Shown here: in pieces, positions 36,177 to 46,440 of the stretch | Position numbering within the stretch: position 1 is the stretch's first letter | Layout: each line of letters begins with the position of its first letter | Source: an uncultured Eubacteriales bacterium | GTDB taxonomy: Bacteria > Bacillota > Clostridia > Lachnospirales > Lachnospiraceae | DNA length: 54,603 bases | Reading direction: 5' to 3' | Assembly (NCBI GenBank): GCA_900545455.1 | Contig: UQZF01000001.1 | Location: 1 to 54,603 of the forward strand | Position numbers and translations under genes: made by a program | Notes under the pieces: model-generated | Seen by the model: the letters and a program-made list of their open reading frames with translations, nothing else | Told to the model about the DNA's origin: nothing | Databases searched by the model: none

Positions 36177-37015
36177 TGAACTATTTTAAGCTTGCATACA
36201 CCACACCTGACGTTTTGGACAAAATCAAGGCGGCGGAGGAGAGGGGCGACTTCAACTCACACCTCGATGCGATTGACTATGACTTGTGCCTCCCCGTTGA
36301 TGAGAGCTTCCCCTACATTCCCGCGGGACGGCTCAAAATAAGGCAGGCCCTTATCAGAGCCCTTATAATCAGCCCGTTCATGTGGATTGTGAACAGGTTT
36401 GTATTCAGGACGAGGGTGTATATTGAGGATAACCATATCCACAGCCGCGAGGGATTCATCGTAACCTGCAACCACATCAACAAGCTTGACGCTCTCGTCG
36501 TGCTGTGGGCGTTAAAGCGGAGCGGGCTGCTTCGCGGGCGCAGGCTGAAGGTCATGGTTGCGGACTTTAACAACCAGAAGGGGAGGCTCGGCGGATACAT
36601 GAGGGCGTTCGGCATCCTTCCGTTTCCTTCGGGGCACAGGCTCGTGCGCCGCTTCAACGAGGCGGTCTCTTATTATCTGAAACAAGGCGACTGCATTCTC
36701 ATTTTTCCTGAGCAGTCCGAGTGGTGGGGCTATGACAGACCGCGCCCGCTGAAGAGCGGGGCATTCTACTATGCGGTGAAGAACAATGTCAGCGTGCAGC
36801 CGCTTTTTATAACATGCCGTGGTTCAGGCAGGATGAAGAACGGTGTGGAGAAAAAATATTTTGATGTGCATGTTGCGGAACGGATTTGCGTCGTAAAGGA
36901 AGATGTAAACGACCATGAGAAGATACGGATTATGAAGGAGGAGAACAGACATCTATGGGAGGCAGTATATAATAGCTCAGATAGTAAGAGCGAATTGAAT
37001 AAAAACAATACTTGA
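36176..37015 (+). CDS. PlsC-family acyltransferase
   Basis: CNHINKLD (HX4D) and LIFPEQSEW blocks. The GTG start overlaps the upstream stop by 1 nt. Confidence 0.75.
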   Translation: MNYFKLAYTTPDVLDKIKAAEERGDFNSHLDAIDYDLCLPVDESFPYIPAGRLKIRQALIRALIISPFMWIVNRFVFRTRVYIEDNHIHSREGFIVTCNHINKLDALVVLWALKRSGLLRGRRLKVMVADFNNQKGRLGGYMRAFGILPFPSGHRLVRRFNEAVSYYLKQGDCILIFPEQSEWWGYDRPRPLKSGAFYYAVKNNVSVQPLFITCRGSGRMKNGVEKKYFDVHVAERICVVKEDVNDHEKIRIMKEENRHLWEAVYNSSDSKSELNKNNT

Positions 37016-37037
37016 CAAATTAAAAATGTGAACATAT

Positions 37038-37097
37038 AATAGTTCGAAGTCGAACAGTTTGATACTGAACTGTCACACATCGAACTATTATTTTTTT
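37038..37097 (+). terminator. Nested inverted repeats followed by T7: terminator of the glycolipid-like cluster and/or MarR operator
   Basis: TAATAGTTCG (37038-47) pairs with CGAACTATTA (37081-90), enclosing ACAGTT..AACTGT (37054-73), then TTTTTTT. The element lies between the acyltransferase stop and the marR start. Confidence 0.45.
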
Positions 37098-37146
37098 CAG
37101 AGCTTTGTTCTGAAGGATTTTTATTTTTGAAGGAAAGGAGCACGAA

Positions 37147-37608
37147 TTGGAAAAGAAAAAATATCTGGGCTTTGAGATTAAGAAGATGGACAATATCATA
37201 CTTCGTCAGCTTAAAAAGAAGCTTGTGGATGCGGGCTTTGATGAGGTCACGGTGATGCACGGACATATCCTCGGTTACCTTTGCAGGCATAAGGGGACGG
37301 ATGTGTACCAGAAGGACATCGGAGAGGCGTTCGGAATCGGCAAGTCGTCGGTCACGAATATATTGCAGCTCATGGAAAAGAAGGGCTACCTCGTGTGCCG
37401 CACGGACGACAACGACGGGCGCTGCAAGAAGATTGTTCTCACACCGAAGGGTGAGGAGACGCATGCCGCGACGGTGAGAGTCATCGATATGCTTCACGAG
37501 GAGCTCGAACAGAATGTCACGGAAGAGGAAAAACAGGTTTTTATGAATGTTATAGACAAAATGAAGAAAAATATTGAAGTTATGAACAAGGAGGACGAAC
37601 AGTGCTAA
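37147..37608 (+). CDS. MarR-family transcriptional regulator
   Basis: Winged-helix block QKDIGEAFGIGKSSVTNILQLMEKKGYL...GRCKKIVLTPKGE. TTG start with an AGGAG RBS (alternative ATG at 37186). Confidence 0.85.
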   Translation: MEKKKYLGFEIKKMDNIILRQLKKKLVDAGFDEVTVMHGHILGYLCRHKGTDVYQKDIGEAFGIGKSSVTNILQLMEKKGYLVCRTDDNDGRCKKIVLTPKGEETHAATVRVIDMLHEELEQNVTEEEKQVFMNVIDKMKKNIEVMNKEDEQC

Positions 37609-39362
37609 AGACATTAGGCGCGTATGTGAAGGAGTACAAGAGGGCATCCATCGCGACACCTTTCTTTATGATTTTAGAGGTGCTCATGGAAATGCTCATC
37701 CCATACCTGCTCTCATCACTTATCGACAACGGTGTTGAGAAGGGTGACATGGGCTACATACTCATGGTCGGCGGCTGCATGGTTGTTATTGCCATGGTAG
37801 GATTATTTGCCGGAATCATGGGTGGTGTTTACGGAGCGAAGGCTTCAACGGGCTTCGCCAAAAACCTGAGAAAGGGTATGTTTGATAATATTCAGACCTA
37901 CGCCTTTTCCAACATTGACAAGTTCAGCACGGCGGGACTTGTAACGAGACTTACAACAGATGTTACCAACGTACAGAATACATACCAGATGCTTTTAAGA
38001 ATGTGTATGAGAGCTCCGGTGAGCCTTATTCTTGCGATGGTTATGTCATTTATCATCAGCCCGAGAATTGCGGGAATTTATCTTATCGCACTTGTGATAC
38101 TCTCATGTATCCTTGCGATTATCATAAGCCATGCGACCAAGTATTTTAACGCCGCATTCCCTAAGTACGATGAGCTCAATGCGAGCGTGCAGGAGAATGT
38201 CTCCGCAATCCGTGTTGTTAAGGCTTATGTGCGCGAGGACTACGAGAAGAAGAAATTCAAGAACGCAAGCAACAACATTTACAAGATTTTTGTAAAGGCT
38301 GAGAAAACGGTTGCGTACAACAACCCTGTAATGCAGGTTACGGTTTACACCTGTATCCTTCTTATAAGCTGGGTTGGAGCAAAGATGATAGTCGGCTCGG
38401 GCGGAGTGCTTCTCACAACAGGTAAGCTCATGAGTCTCCTCTCCTACTGCATGACAATCCTCATGAACCTTATGATGGTTTCCATGATATTCGTAATGCT
38501 TTCCATGAGCGTTGCGAGTGCGAAGCGTATCTCCGAGGTGCTCGAGGAGAAGCCTGACATCACCAATCCGGAAGATCCTTGCTACGAGGTTAAGGACGGA
38601 GAGATTGTATTTGACCATGTAAACTTCGGCTACAACAAGGGCGCGGATAAGAGAGTGTTAAACGACATCAACCTCACAATCAAGTCGGGTGAGACAATCG
38701 GTATAATCGGCGGAACGGGAAGTTCGAAGTCGAGCCTTGTCAACCTTATCAGCCGTCTCTACGATGTCGATGAGGGAAGCGTCAAGGTAGGCGGAAAGGA
38801 CGTAAGAGAGTACGATATTGAGACTCTTCGTGATGAGGTAAGCGTTGTTCTTCAGAAGAACGTGCTCTTCTCGGGAACAATTCTTGACAACCTCCGCTGG
38901 GGCGATAAGAACGCCACGGATGAGGAGTGCATGAGAGCCTGCAGGTTAGCCTGCGCCGATGAGTTTATCGAGAAATTCCCGGACAAGTACAACACTTATA
39001 TTGAGCAGGGCGGTACGAACGTATCCGGCGGACAGAAGCAGCGTCTTTGTATAGCGAGAGCACTTCTCAAAAAGCCTAAGATACTCATTCTCGACGACAG
39101 CACGAGTGCCGTGGATACCGCTACGGATGCAAAGATACGTCATGCCTTTGCGACGGAGATTGCACAGACAACGAAGATTATTATTGCACAGAGAATTTCA
39201 AGTGTTCAGGGTGCCGACCGCATTATTGTCATGGACAACGGACGCATCGACGGTATCGGAACACATGATGAGCTGCTTGCTTCCAACGCTATATATCGCG
39301 ATGTATATGAGTCACAGACCGGAGGCAGCGGTGATTTTGATGAAAACGGAGGTGAAGCATAA
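37602..39362 (+). CDS. ABC exporter permease/ATPase fusion, subunit A of a heterodimer (degenerate-site subunit)
   Basis: 6-TM domain plus NBD. Walker A GGTGSSKSS, signature VSGGQKQR, and Walker B ILILDD followed by S, so Asp replaces the catalytic Glu. Confidence 0.9.
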   Translation: MLKTLGAYVKEYKRASIATPFFMILEVLMEMLIPYLLSSLIDNGVEKGDMGYILMVGGCMVVIAMVGLFAGIMGGVYGAKASTGFAKNLRKGMFDNIQTYAFSNIDKFSTAGLVTRLTTDVTNVQNTYQMLLRMCMRAPVSLILAMVMSFIISPRIAGIYLIALVILSCILAIIISHATKYFNAAFPKYDELNASVQENVSAIRVVKAYVREDYEKKKFKNASNNIYKIFVKAEKTVAYNNPVMQVTVYTCILLISWVGAKMIVGSGGVLLTTGKLMSLLSYCMTILMNLMMVSMIFVMLSMSVASAKRISEVLEEKPDITNPEDPCYEVKDGEIVFDHVNFGYNKGADKRVLNDINLTIKSGETIGIIGGTGSSKSSLVNLISRLYDVDEGSVKVGGKDVREYDIETLRDEVSVVLQKNVLFSGTILDNLRWGDKNATDEECMRACRLACADEFIEKFPDKYNTYIEQGGTNVSGGQKQRLCIARALLKKPKILILDDSTSAVDTATDAKIRHAFATEIAQTTKIIIAQRISSVQGADRIIVMDNGRIDGIGTHDELLASNAIYRDVYESQTGGSGDFDENGGEA

Positions 39363-41269
39363 TGCCGGGACCAATGGGAGGACGACCACCTAGAGGAGCG
39401 AAGCCTACAGTCGCAAATCCGGGAAAGGTATTTAAAAGAATAATAGGCTTTGTGGCAAAGAACTATCTGCCGCACTGCATTGTGGTTCTTGTGTGTATTG
39501 CACTCACTGTATTTTCCACAATACAGGGAACAATGTTTATGAAAACACTTATCGATCAGTATATCATGCCGCTCATGCAGCAGGATATACCTGATTACAC
39601 TGATTTACTTCATGCAATTATCAGAGTTGCCTGCTTTTACGGCGTCGGTGTAATTGCAGCCTATGTAAACACACGAACGATGGTTTATGTTACACAGGGA
39701 ACCATGAAGAATTTGAGAGACGAGCTCTTCATCCACATGGAATCCCTTCCTATAAAGTATTTTGACACACACGCACATGGCGATATAATGTCAATCTACA
39801 CGAACGATGTCGATACACTCAGACAGATGATAAGCCAGAGTATTCCGCAGCTTATCAACAGCTCAATCACCATTATCGGTGTGCTTGCGAGCATGATCAT
39901 CCTCAATATACCGCTCACACTGCTCACACTTGTGCTTGTCGGACTCATGCTTGTTGTAACTAAGAAGGCAACCGGAATGAGCGGAAAATACTTCGTAAAG
40001 CAGCAGAAGAACTTAGGTGAGGTTAACGGCTTCATCGAGGAAATGATGGGCGGTCAGAAGGTTGTAAAGGTGTTCTGCCACGAGGAGGAGAACATCGAGT
40101 GCTTCGACAAGATTAACGAGGAGCTCTGCGACAGCTCCTACAATGCGAACAAGTTTGCCAATATCTTAGGACCTATCAACGCACAGATAGGTAACATAAG
40201 CTACGTTATCATCGCCATAGTCGGCGGTGCGCTTGCACTCGGCGGTGTCGGCGGCTTCACACTCGGAGGACTTGCAAGCTTCCTTACATTTAACAAGAGC
40301 CTTAACATGCCTATCAATCAGGTGAGCATGCAGTTTAACAGTATCATCATGGGACTTGCGGGCGGCGAGAGAATCTTCAAGCTTCTCGACGAGGTTCCTG
40401 AGGTTGACGACGGATATGTAACGCTTGTGAATGCAACCAAGGAGGGCGACACGATAAAGGAGAGCGAGAAGCGTACCGGAATGTGGGCTTGGAAGCATTA
40501 CCACAAGGATACGGGCGTCACCGATTACAGAGAGCTGAAGGGCGATGTCGTATTCGACGATGTGGATTTCGGCTACAACCCTGACAAGATTGTCCTTCAC
40601 AACATCAAGATGTTTGCTGAGCCGGGACAGAAGATTGCGTTCGTAGGCTCGACGGGAGCAGGAAAGACGACAATCACGAACCTCATCAACCGTTTTTACG
40701 ATATTCAGGACGGAAAAATACGTTACGACGGAATCAATATCAACAAGATTAAGAAGGACGATTTAAGAAGGTCTCTCGGCATAGTTTTGCAGGATACACA
40801 TCTCTTTACGGGAACTGTTATGGAGAATATCCGCTACGGTAAGCTCGATGCGACCGACGAGGAGGTATATGCGGCAGCTAAGCTTGCAAATGCAGACAGC
40901 TTTATCACAAAACTCTCCGACGGTTACAACACGATGCTCACGGGAGACGGTGCTAACCTGAGCCAGGGACAGAGACAGCTTCTTGCAATCGCGAGAGCGG
41001 CAATCGCCGATCCTCCTGTTCTCATCCTCGATGAGGCAACCTCCTCAATCGATACGAGAACCGAGAAGATGGTTCAGGACGGCATGGATAAGCTCATGCA
41101 CGGCAGAACGACCTTCGTTATCGCGCACAGACTCTCAACCGTTAAGAACAGTGATTGTATCATGGTTCTTGAGCAGGGAAGAATAATCGAGAGAGGAACC
41201 CACGATGACCTCATAGAGCAGAAGGGCAGATACTACCAGCTCTACACCGGAAATAATATTGCGGGATAA
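39362..41269 (+). CDS. ABC exporter permease/ATPase fusion, subunit B of the heterodimer
   Basis: Walker A GSTGAGKTT, non-canonical signature LSQGQRQ, and Walker B LILDEATS with the catalytic Glu. TAATG overlap with subunit A. Confidence 0.9.
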   Translation: MPGPMGGRPPRGAKPTVANPGKVFKRIIGFVAKNYLPHCIVVLVCIALTVFSTIQGTMFMKTLIDQYIMPLMQQDIPDYTDLLHAIIRVACFYGVGVIAAYVNTRTMVYVTQGTMKNLRDELFIHMESLPIKYFDTHAHGDIMSIYTNDVDTLRQMISQSIPQLINSSITIIGVLASMIILNIPLTLLTLVLVGLMLVVTKKATGMSGKYFVKQQKNLGEVNGFIEEMMGGQKVVKVFCHEEENIECFDKINEELCDSSYNANKFANILGPINAQIGNISYVIIAIVGGALALGGVGGFTLGGLASFLTFNKSLNMPINQVSMQFNSIIMGLAGGERIFKLLDEVPEVDDGYVTLVNATKEGDTIKESEKRTGMWAWKHYHKDTGVTDYRELKGDVVFDDVDFGYNPDKIVLHNIKMFAEPGQKIAFVGSTGAGKTTITNLINRFYDIQDGKIRYDGININKIKKDDLRRSLGIVLQDTHLFTGTVMENIRYGKLDATDEEVYAAAKLANADSFITKLSDGYNTMLTGDGANLSQGQRQLLAIARAAIADPPVLILDEATSSIDTRTEKMVQDGMDKLMHGRTTFVIAHRLSTVKNSDCIMVLEQGRIIERGTHDDLIEQKGRYYQLYTGNNIAG

Positions 41270-41402
41270 TTTCAATGCTAAAGTGGCACTGTACAATCCT
41301 GAATTTTTTTATTATAATAGGTAAGGCGGTGCTAACCGTAATGATTATTTAATGCAGTAATTATTGCGGCATCCGCTAATGTATAGAAGCGAGGTGTATC
41401 AC

Positions 41403-43196
41403 ATGAGTACGGTAGTCGAGAGACTTAGCGCATTGCGCGCACTTATGAAGGAAAAGAACATTCAGGCATATATAATATGTACTGACGATTTCCACGGTTC
41501 GGAATATGTTGGAAGTTATTTTAAGGCGAGAGCTTTTATGTCGGGCTTCACGGGTTCGGCGGGAACACTTGTGGTGCTTCCTGAGGAGGCAGGTCTGTGG
41601 ACGGACGGTAGATATTTTTTGCAGGCTGCATCGCAGCTTGAAGGCAGCACAATCACACTCATGAAGATGGGTGAGGAGGGCGTTCCTACAATAGCGGAGT
41701 ACATTGCTGACAAGTTGGCTGACGGAAGTCATATCGGTTTTGACGGCAGAACGGTTACGGATGCGTTCATGGGAAGAATAACGGAGAGCATCAAGGGAAG
41801 AAATATGGCTTATGTGTGCGGGGAGGATCTTGTGGACAAGGTCTGGACGGACAGACCTGCTCTTTCTAAGGAGCCTGTATGGGAGCTTTCTGTTGAGTAC
41901 ACGGGAATGAGCCGCGAAGAGAAGCTTGCGAAGATTCGTGCGACGATGAAGAAGGAGGGCGCAGACCTTCTTGTGCTCACAGCGCTTGACGATATTGCAT
42001 GGCTCTTGAATCTTCGTGGAAACGATGTGGCATACAATCCTGTATTTTTATCATATATGACAATGACAGCCGACAGTGCGGTTCTCTATCTCGATGAGAG
42101 CATATTAAATGCCGACATCAAGGGCAAGCTCGCTGCGGACGGAATCGAGCTCAGACCATACAATGACATTTACAGTGATTTAAAGAAGGTAAGCCCTGAA
42201 GCAGTTGTGTTTGTTGACAAGGCTACAGCCAACTTCCTCATCGTTCACTCACTCCCAAACACAGCCAATGTTAGAGCCGAGCAGAGCCCTGTGGTTCTTC
42301 CTAAGGCAATTAAGACCGTGGCTGAGAGAGAGAACGAGAAGAAGGCTCACGTCAAGGATGGAATGGCTGTTACACATTTCATGTACTGGCTTAAGAAGAA
42401 TGTAGGAAAGCTTGATATAACGGAGATGAGCGCAGCCGTACAGCTTGATGAGTTCAGAAAGAAGCAGGAGGGCTACCTTGGAGAAAGCTTTGATCCTATT
42501 ATGGGTTACGGTCCTCACGGTGCCATCGTGCATTACTCAGCAACTGAGGAGACCAATGCTAAGTTAGAGCCAAGAAGCTTCCTTCTTGCAGATACGGGCG
42601 GACATTACTATGAGGGAACAACGGACATAACAAGAACGATTGCACTCGGTGAGCTCACAGACGAGGAGAAGAAGGTGTTCACGCTTGTTCTCAAGGGACA
42701 CTTAAACCTTGCAAATGCTCAGTTCTTATACGGAGCAAGAGGTGAGAACCTTGACTATATCGCGCGCGAGCCGCTCTGGAGAAACGGAATGGACTACAAT
42801 CACGGAACAGGTCACGGTGTAGGATACCTTCTCAATGTACATGAGCGTCCGAACGGAATCAGAACCAAGATTGCTTCTAGCGGACCTTCGGCGGTTCTTG
42901 AGGAGGGCATGATTACCTCTGACGAACCGGGAATGTACATTGCGGGCAAGTTCGGAATAAGACATGAGAACCTTGTGCTCTGCGTCAAGAGGGAAAAGAC
43001 AGAGTACGGTCAATTCATGGGCTTTGAGCCGCTTACAATGGTTCCGTTCGACCTTGATGCGGTTGATGTATCGTACATGACGGACGAGGAGAGGGAGAGA
43101 CTCAACGCATACCATGCGAAGGTATTTGCGGCAATCAGCCCTGACTTTGAGGGTGAGGAGCTTGAGTGGCTTAAAAATGCGACGAGAGCGGTATAA
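41403..43196 (+). CDS. pepP: Xaa-Pro aminopeptidase (M24B, aminopeptidase P type)
   Basis: Creatinase-like N-domains. M24 metal ligand blocks DTGGHY, HGTGHGVGYLLNVHE and SDEPGMY. The ATG at 41403 follows a GAGGTG RBS. Confidence 0.85.
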   Translation: MSTVVERLSALRALMKEKNIQAYIICTDDFHGSEYVGSYFKARAFMSGFTGSAGTLVVLPEEAGLWTDGRYFLQAASQLEGSTITLMKMGEEGVPTIAEYIADKLADGSHIGFDGRTVTDAFMGRITESIKGRNMAYVCGEDLVDKVWTDRPALSKEPVWELSVEYTGMSREEKLAKIRATMKKEGADLLVLTALDDIAWLLNLRGNDVAYNPVFLSYMTMTADSAVLYLDESILNADIKGKLAADGIELRPYNDIYSDLKKVSPEAVVFVDKATANFLIVHSLPNTANVRAEQSPVVLPKAIKTVAERENEKKAHVKDGMAVTHFMYWLKKNVGKLDITEMSAAVQLDEFRKKQEGYLGESFDPIMGYGPHGAIVHYSATEETNAKLEPRSFLLADTGGHYYEGTTDITRTIALGELTDEEKKVFTLVLKGHLNLANAQFLYGARGENLDYIAREPLWRNGMDYNHGTGHGVGYLLNVHERPNGIRTKIASSGPSAVLEEGMITSDEPGMYIAGKFGIRHENLVLCVKREKTEYGQFMGFEPLTMVPFDLDAVDVSYMTDEERERLNAYHAKVFAAISPDFEGEELEWLKNATRAV

Positions 43197-44882
43197 CTAA
43201 AAACTGTCATACAGCGATTCGAGTTCAGCTCGGCATTCTAAGAAGACTTTTCCAAGGAATGGGTCGAAATGAGTGCCGAGCGAATTTTTTATAATGTCAA
43301 AGGCGGTGTCATAGGAGTAAGCCTCCTTATAACAGCGCTTGCTCACGAGTGCGTCGAACACGTCGGCGAGAGCCATCATGCGCGCCTCGGGAGGAATGGC
43401 ATCGCCTGACCTGCCCTCGGGGTAGCCGCTTCCATCCCACTTTTCGTGGTGGTAGTGCGCCACGTTCTTTGCGAGCTCGACGAACTCGTCGTTCTCAACG
43501 CCGCGCAGGATGTTCTCCACAATGGAGGCTCCCTCGGCGGCATGGCGCTTCATCTGATTGTATTCTTCCTCAGTATAGCGTCCCTGCTTTTGCAGGATGC
43601 TGTCGGCGATGGCAATTTTTCCGAGGTCATGCATAGGCGCGGCTTTGGAGAGCATCTGGAGAAATTCAGCATTGATATGAAGCTGTTCACAGTACGGGAG
43701 CAGATGCTTTGAGTAAATGTCAATCACGGAGCTTGTACGCTTGATATGACCGCCCGTACTGTTGTCACGGCTTTCAACCATTGTTGCCATGCCTATAACC
43801 ATCATATCCTTGATGTGTGAGATGTCGGCGGTCTTTATGGCGACTTCCTTTTTCAAATCCCAGTTGTAATTCTTTATCGTGTTCAGGTAGTTGTTCTCGC
43901 TGGTTCGGTCGACGAGCTCGATTATGTAGCCGACTTTTCTCTTTTTTCCGTAAATTATGTTTCGTATGGTGATGTCAAAATATCTGTCATCAAAACGAAT
44001 ACTTTTTGATTTTGTCGTGCCGTCAAATGTCCAGCTTATAATGCTGTTGTATAAAAAAGAGTCTGATTTCGGCACGGATTTATCGACGTGCCATGACGAT
44101 GTTATCTCCGGAAACAGTTCCTTAGCATAATCATTGGCGCTTATGTAGCGGAATTTGTTGTCGAATTCTATATATCCGTATTCCTTCAATCTGTCTACGG
44201 AAGCGGCAATGTTGGCTGACATGTCGAACATGTTGATACGCTCGGCAATGTTAACCATCAGGATTGAAGCGGCAAGGTATCCTATTGAAAGATAGCTTAT
44301 GCTGCTGTGGACGATGCGCTCGAAAATATACGTTCCGGCGACTGCGATTCCGAGAATGCACATGAGTGTGACTGTTTTCGTGGAAACGGTACTGCTTTTT
44401 TGGATGGAATAAATAAAATAAAAGATTAAAAGCACGGCATAGACAAGCATCAGGATTGTATTGAGAAAATGTGTCGGTCCGTATACTTTATCGAGATAAT
44501 TGTAACCGTCGGCATTGACAAGAGCCACTGATTCGTAATATACGGGGAGAATGCCGATAGTCATTGCGAGACAGAAAACCGTTGATGCAAAAATAAATAG
44601 AGATAATGTAAGAAAGCGCGGAACCTTGACACCGCACATTCTTGTGAGGAGATGTATAAGAAGGAAAGGACAATAGCAGTTACCGATATATACAAGCTTC
44701 TGTGCGAGCAGAGCCATACCAAGGGAGTCCGACACGGCAAGGAGGACACGTCCTCCGCTGTTGAGAACCAGGATAATGCCGAAGCAGACAAGAAGATTGT
44801 CAACTTTAGAATTGCGTGCAAGGTAATATACAGTCATTGAGAGGGATACGATAAATGTGGTAAGATAGAGAGCTGTGACCAT
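43197..44882 (-). CDS. 7TM-receptor / HD-GYP domain protein (c-di-GMP phosphodiesterase type)
   Basis: N-terminal multi-TM region. HDLGKIAI and HHEKWDGSGYPEG motifs. The ATG at 44882 has an AGGAGG RBS (alternative 44900). The stop directly abuts the pepP stop. Confidence 0.88.
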   Translation of the reverse strand: MVTALYLTTFIVSLSMTVYYLARNSKVDNLLVCFGIILVLNSGGRVLLAVSDSLGMALLAQKLVYIGNCYCPFLLIHLLTRMCGVKVPRFLTLSLFIFASTVFCLAMTIGILPVYYESVALVNADGYNYLDKVYGPTHFLNTILMLVYAVLLIFYFIYSIQKSSTVSTKTVTLMCILGIAVAGTYIFERIVHSSISYLSIGYLAASILMVNIAERINMFDMSANIAASVDRLKEYGYIEFDNKFRYISANDYAKELFPEITSSWHVDKSVPKSDSFLYNSIISWTFDGTTKSKSIRFDDRYFDITIRNIIYGKKRKVGYIIELVDRTSENNYLNTIKNYNWDLKKEVAIKTADISHIKDMMVIGMATMVESRDNSTGGHIKRTSSVIDIYSKHLLPYCEQLHINAEFLQMLSKAAPMHDLGKIAIADSILQKQGRYTEEEYNQMKRHAAEGASIVENILRGVENDEFVELAKNVAHYHHEKWDGSGYPEGRSGDAIPPEARMMALADVFDALVSKRCYKEAYSYDTAFDIIKNSLGTHFDPFLGKVFLECRAELESLYDSF

Positions 44883-45136
44883 GAGAACCTCCTGTATCAT
44901 TTGTAGTAAAATAACTTATATAATTATATCATATCAGAGCTTTAAACGCAAGTTTATGATTCATGGAAAGCCTGAGAAAACGGGGCGGCAGAGACGAAAA
45001 TAAAAAGTTGGTAAAAAAAGACTTTATATGGTTGAAAAAAGATGAATCATACTGTAAAATAGATATCTGGCATTGGAAAAATATGTGTAAAGTTCCGATG
45101 CCAAAGTTATAATAAGTACTATGAAGGGATGATGTT

Positions 45137-46423
45137 ATGGTAAAGAGAATCAGTGCGATTGTACTCGCCGCTATGCTGGTACTGGGTACTATTACAGGAT
45201 GTTCAGGAAAGGATGCTGTGACACCGCCGGATGAGAGCGGTGCGCAGAATGAAGCACTTGACACAATACAGGACGACAACGGGGCAGCTTCAGGTAAGGT
45301 GACTCTTACGGTATGGGCTGAGGAGGCGCAGCACGCGACTGTGCAGAAGATGATTGACAGCTTTATCGAAGAGTACAAGGGTCAGGCGGATTTTGAGATT
45401 ACACTTGAGGCACAGGCTGATTCGAGCACAAGAGATGTGCTTCTTGGAGACGTTCAGAACTCAGCGGATGTGTTCTCATTTCCGGATGATCAGCTGAGTG
45501 CCATGGTTGCGGGTGGTGCGCTTGCACCTGTGCCTAATGCACAGGAGATAAGTGACCAGATGGTTGCTGAGTCCGTGTCTGCGGCGTCAATCAACGGAAC
45601 ACTTTATGCGTATCCGATGACAGCCGATAACGGTTACTTCTTATATTACAATAAAGAGTATTTTTCAGAGGATGATGTTAAAACACTTGATTCCATATTA
45701 AAGATATGTGAGGAGAACGGCAAGAAGTTCTCGATGGAGCTCAATTCCGGATGGTATATGTATTCATTTTTCGGAAACACAGGTCTTACAATGCACATAA
45801 ATGATGACGGTATCACAAATGACTGCAATTGGAATACGACAGAGGGAGCAATAAAGGGAATTGATGTTGCGGAGGCAATAGTGGATGTCATATCAAGTCC
45901 GGGATTTGTTTCACAGTCGGACGGTGAATGGGTTGCTCATGCCGAGTCGGGCGATGTTATTGCGGCAATCAGCGGTGTGTGGAATGCGGTTGCGGTTAAG
46001 AATGTGTGGGGCGATGATTATGGAGCATGTAAGCTGCCTACATATACATGTAATGGGGAGCAGATTCAGATGGCTTCATTTACAGGCTACAAGATGGTAG
46101 GTGTCAATTATTACTCAAAGAACAAGGAATGGGCATTTAAGCTTGCACAGTGGATGACAAACGAGCAGAATCAGACACTCAGATTTGTTGAGCAGAATCA
46201 GGGTCCTGCCAACAAGGTTGCGGCGGCATCCGATGAGGTTGCGAAGGTTCCGGCGATTGCAGCGGTTATTGAGCAGTCACAGTACGGCGTGCTTCAGAGA
46301 ATAGGCAACAGTTATTGGGACGCATGTACGACATTTGTTGATTCACTGCTTGCGGGAAATACAGGGAGAACACAGCTTCAGGAACAGCTTGACAAGTTAG
46401 TGGAAGGAATTACGGAGCGATAG
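45137..46423 (+). CDS. Extracellular solute-binding lipoprotein (carbohydrate ABC family 1 type) with no adjacent permease or ATPase genes
   Basis: Signal peptide with lipobox LGTITGC; 428 aa. The overall pattern matches sugar-binding SBPs ([18 protein letters not shown]..). Confidence 0.75.
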   Translation: MVKRISAIVLAAMLVLGTITGCSGKDAVTPPDESGAQNEALDTIQDDNGAASGKVTLTVWAEEAQHATVQKMIDSFIEEYKGQADFEITLEAQADSSTRDVLLGDVQNSADVFSFPDDQLSAMVAGGALAPVPNAQEISDQMVAESVSAASINGTLYAYPMTADNGYFLYYNKEYFSEDDVKTLDSILKICEENGKKFSMELNSGWYMYSFFGNTGLTMHINDDGITNDCNWNTTEGAIKGIDVAEAIVDVISSPGFVSQSDGEWVAHAESGDVIAAISGVWNAVAVKNVWGDDYGACKLPTYTCNGEQIQMASFTGYKMVGVNYYSKNKEWAFKLAQWMTNEQNQTLRFVEQNQGPANKVAAASDEVAKVPAIAAVIEQSQYGVLQRIGNSYWDACTTFVDSLLAGNTGRTQLQEQLDKLVEGITER

Positions 46424-46440
46424 TAAGGAGGACTTTTAAG

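Noticed and set aside
36769-37659. 296-aa minus-strand ORF spanning the acyltransferase 3' end, the intergenic region and marR
   Set aside because: It overlaps two well-supported plus-strand genes and an intergenic terminator-like hairpin. The composition is low-complexity (L/F/S/H-rich), typical of an antisense frame.
43194-43199. pepP and the HD-GYP gene converge with abutting stop codons and no terminator between them
   Set aside because: Noted as unusual packing, but no structure or additional signal is visible. It is probably just compact convergent genes with termination occurring inside the opposite CDS.
44940-45020. Possible c-di-GMP riboswitch between the HD-GYP gene and the SBP gene (ACGCAAG / GGAAAGCC / GGGGCGGCAGAGACGAAA strings)
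   Set aside because: The similarity to GEMM motifs is only superficial. I could not build the two conserved hairpins or the tetraloop-receptor arrangement by eye. A cmscan against Rfam would settle it.
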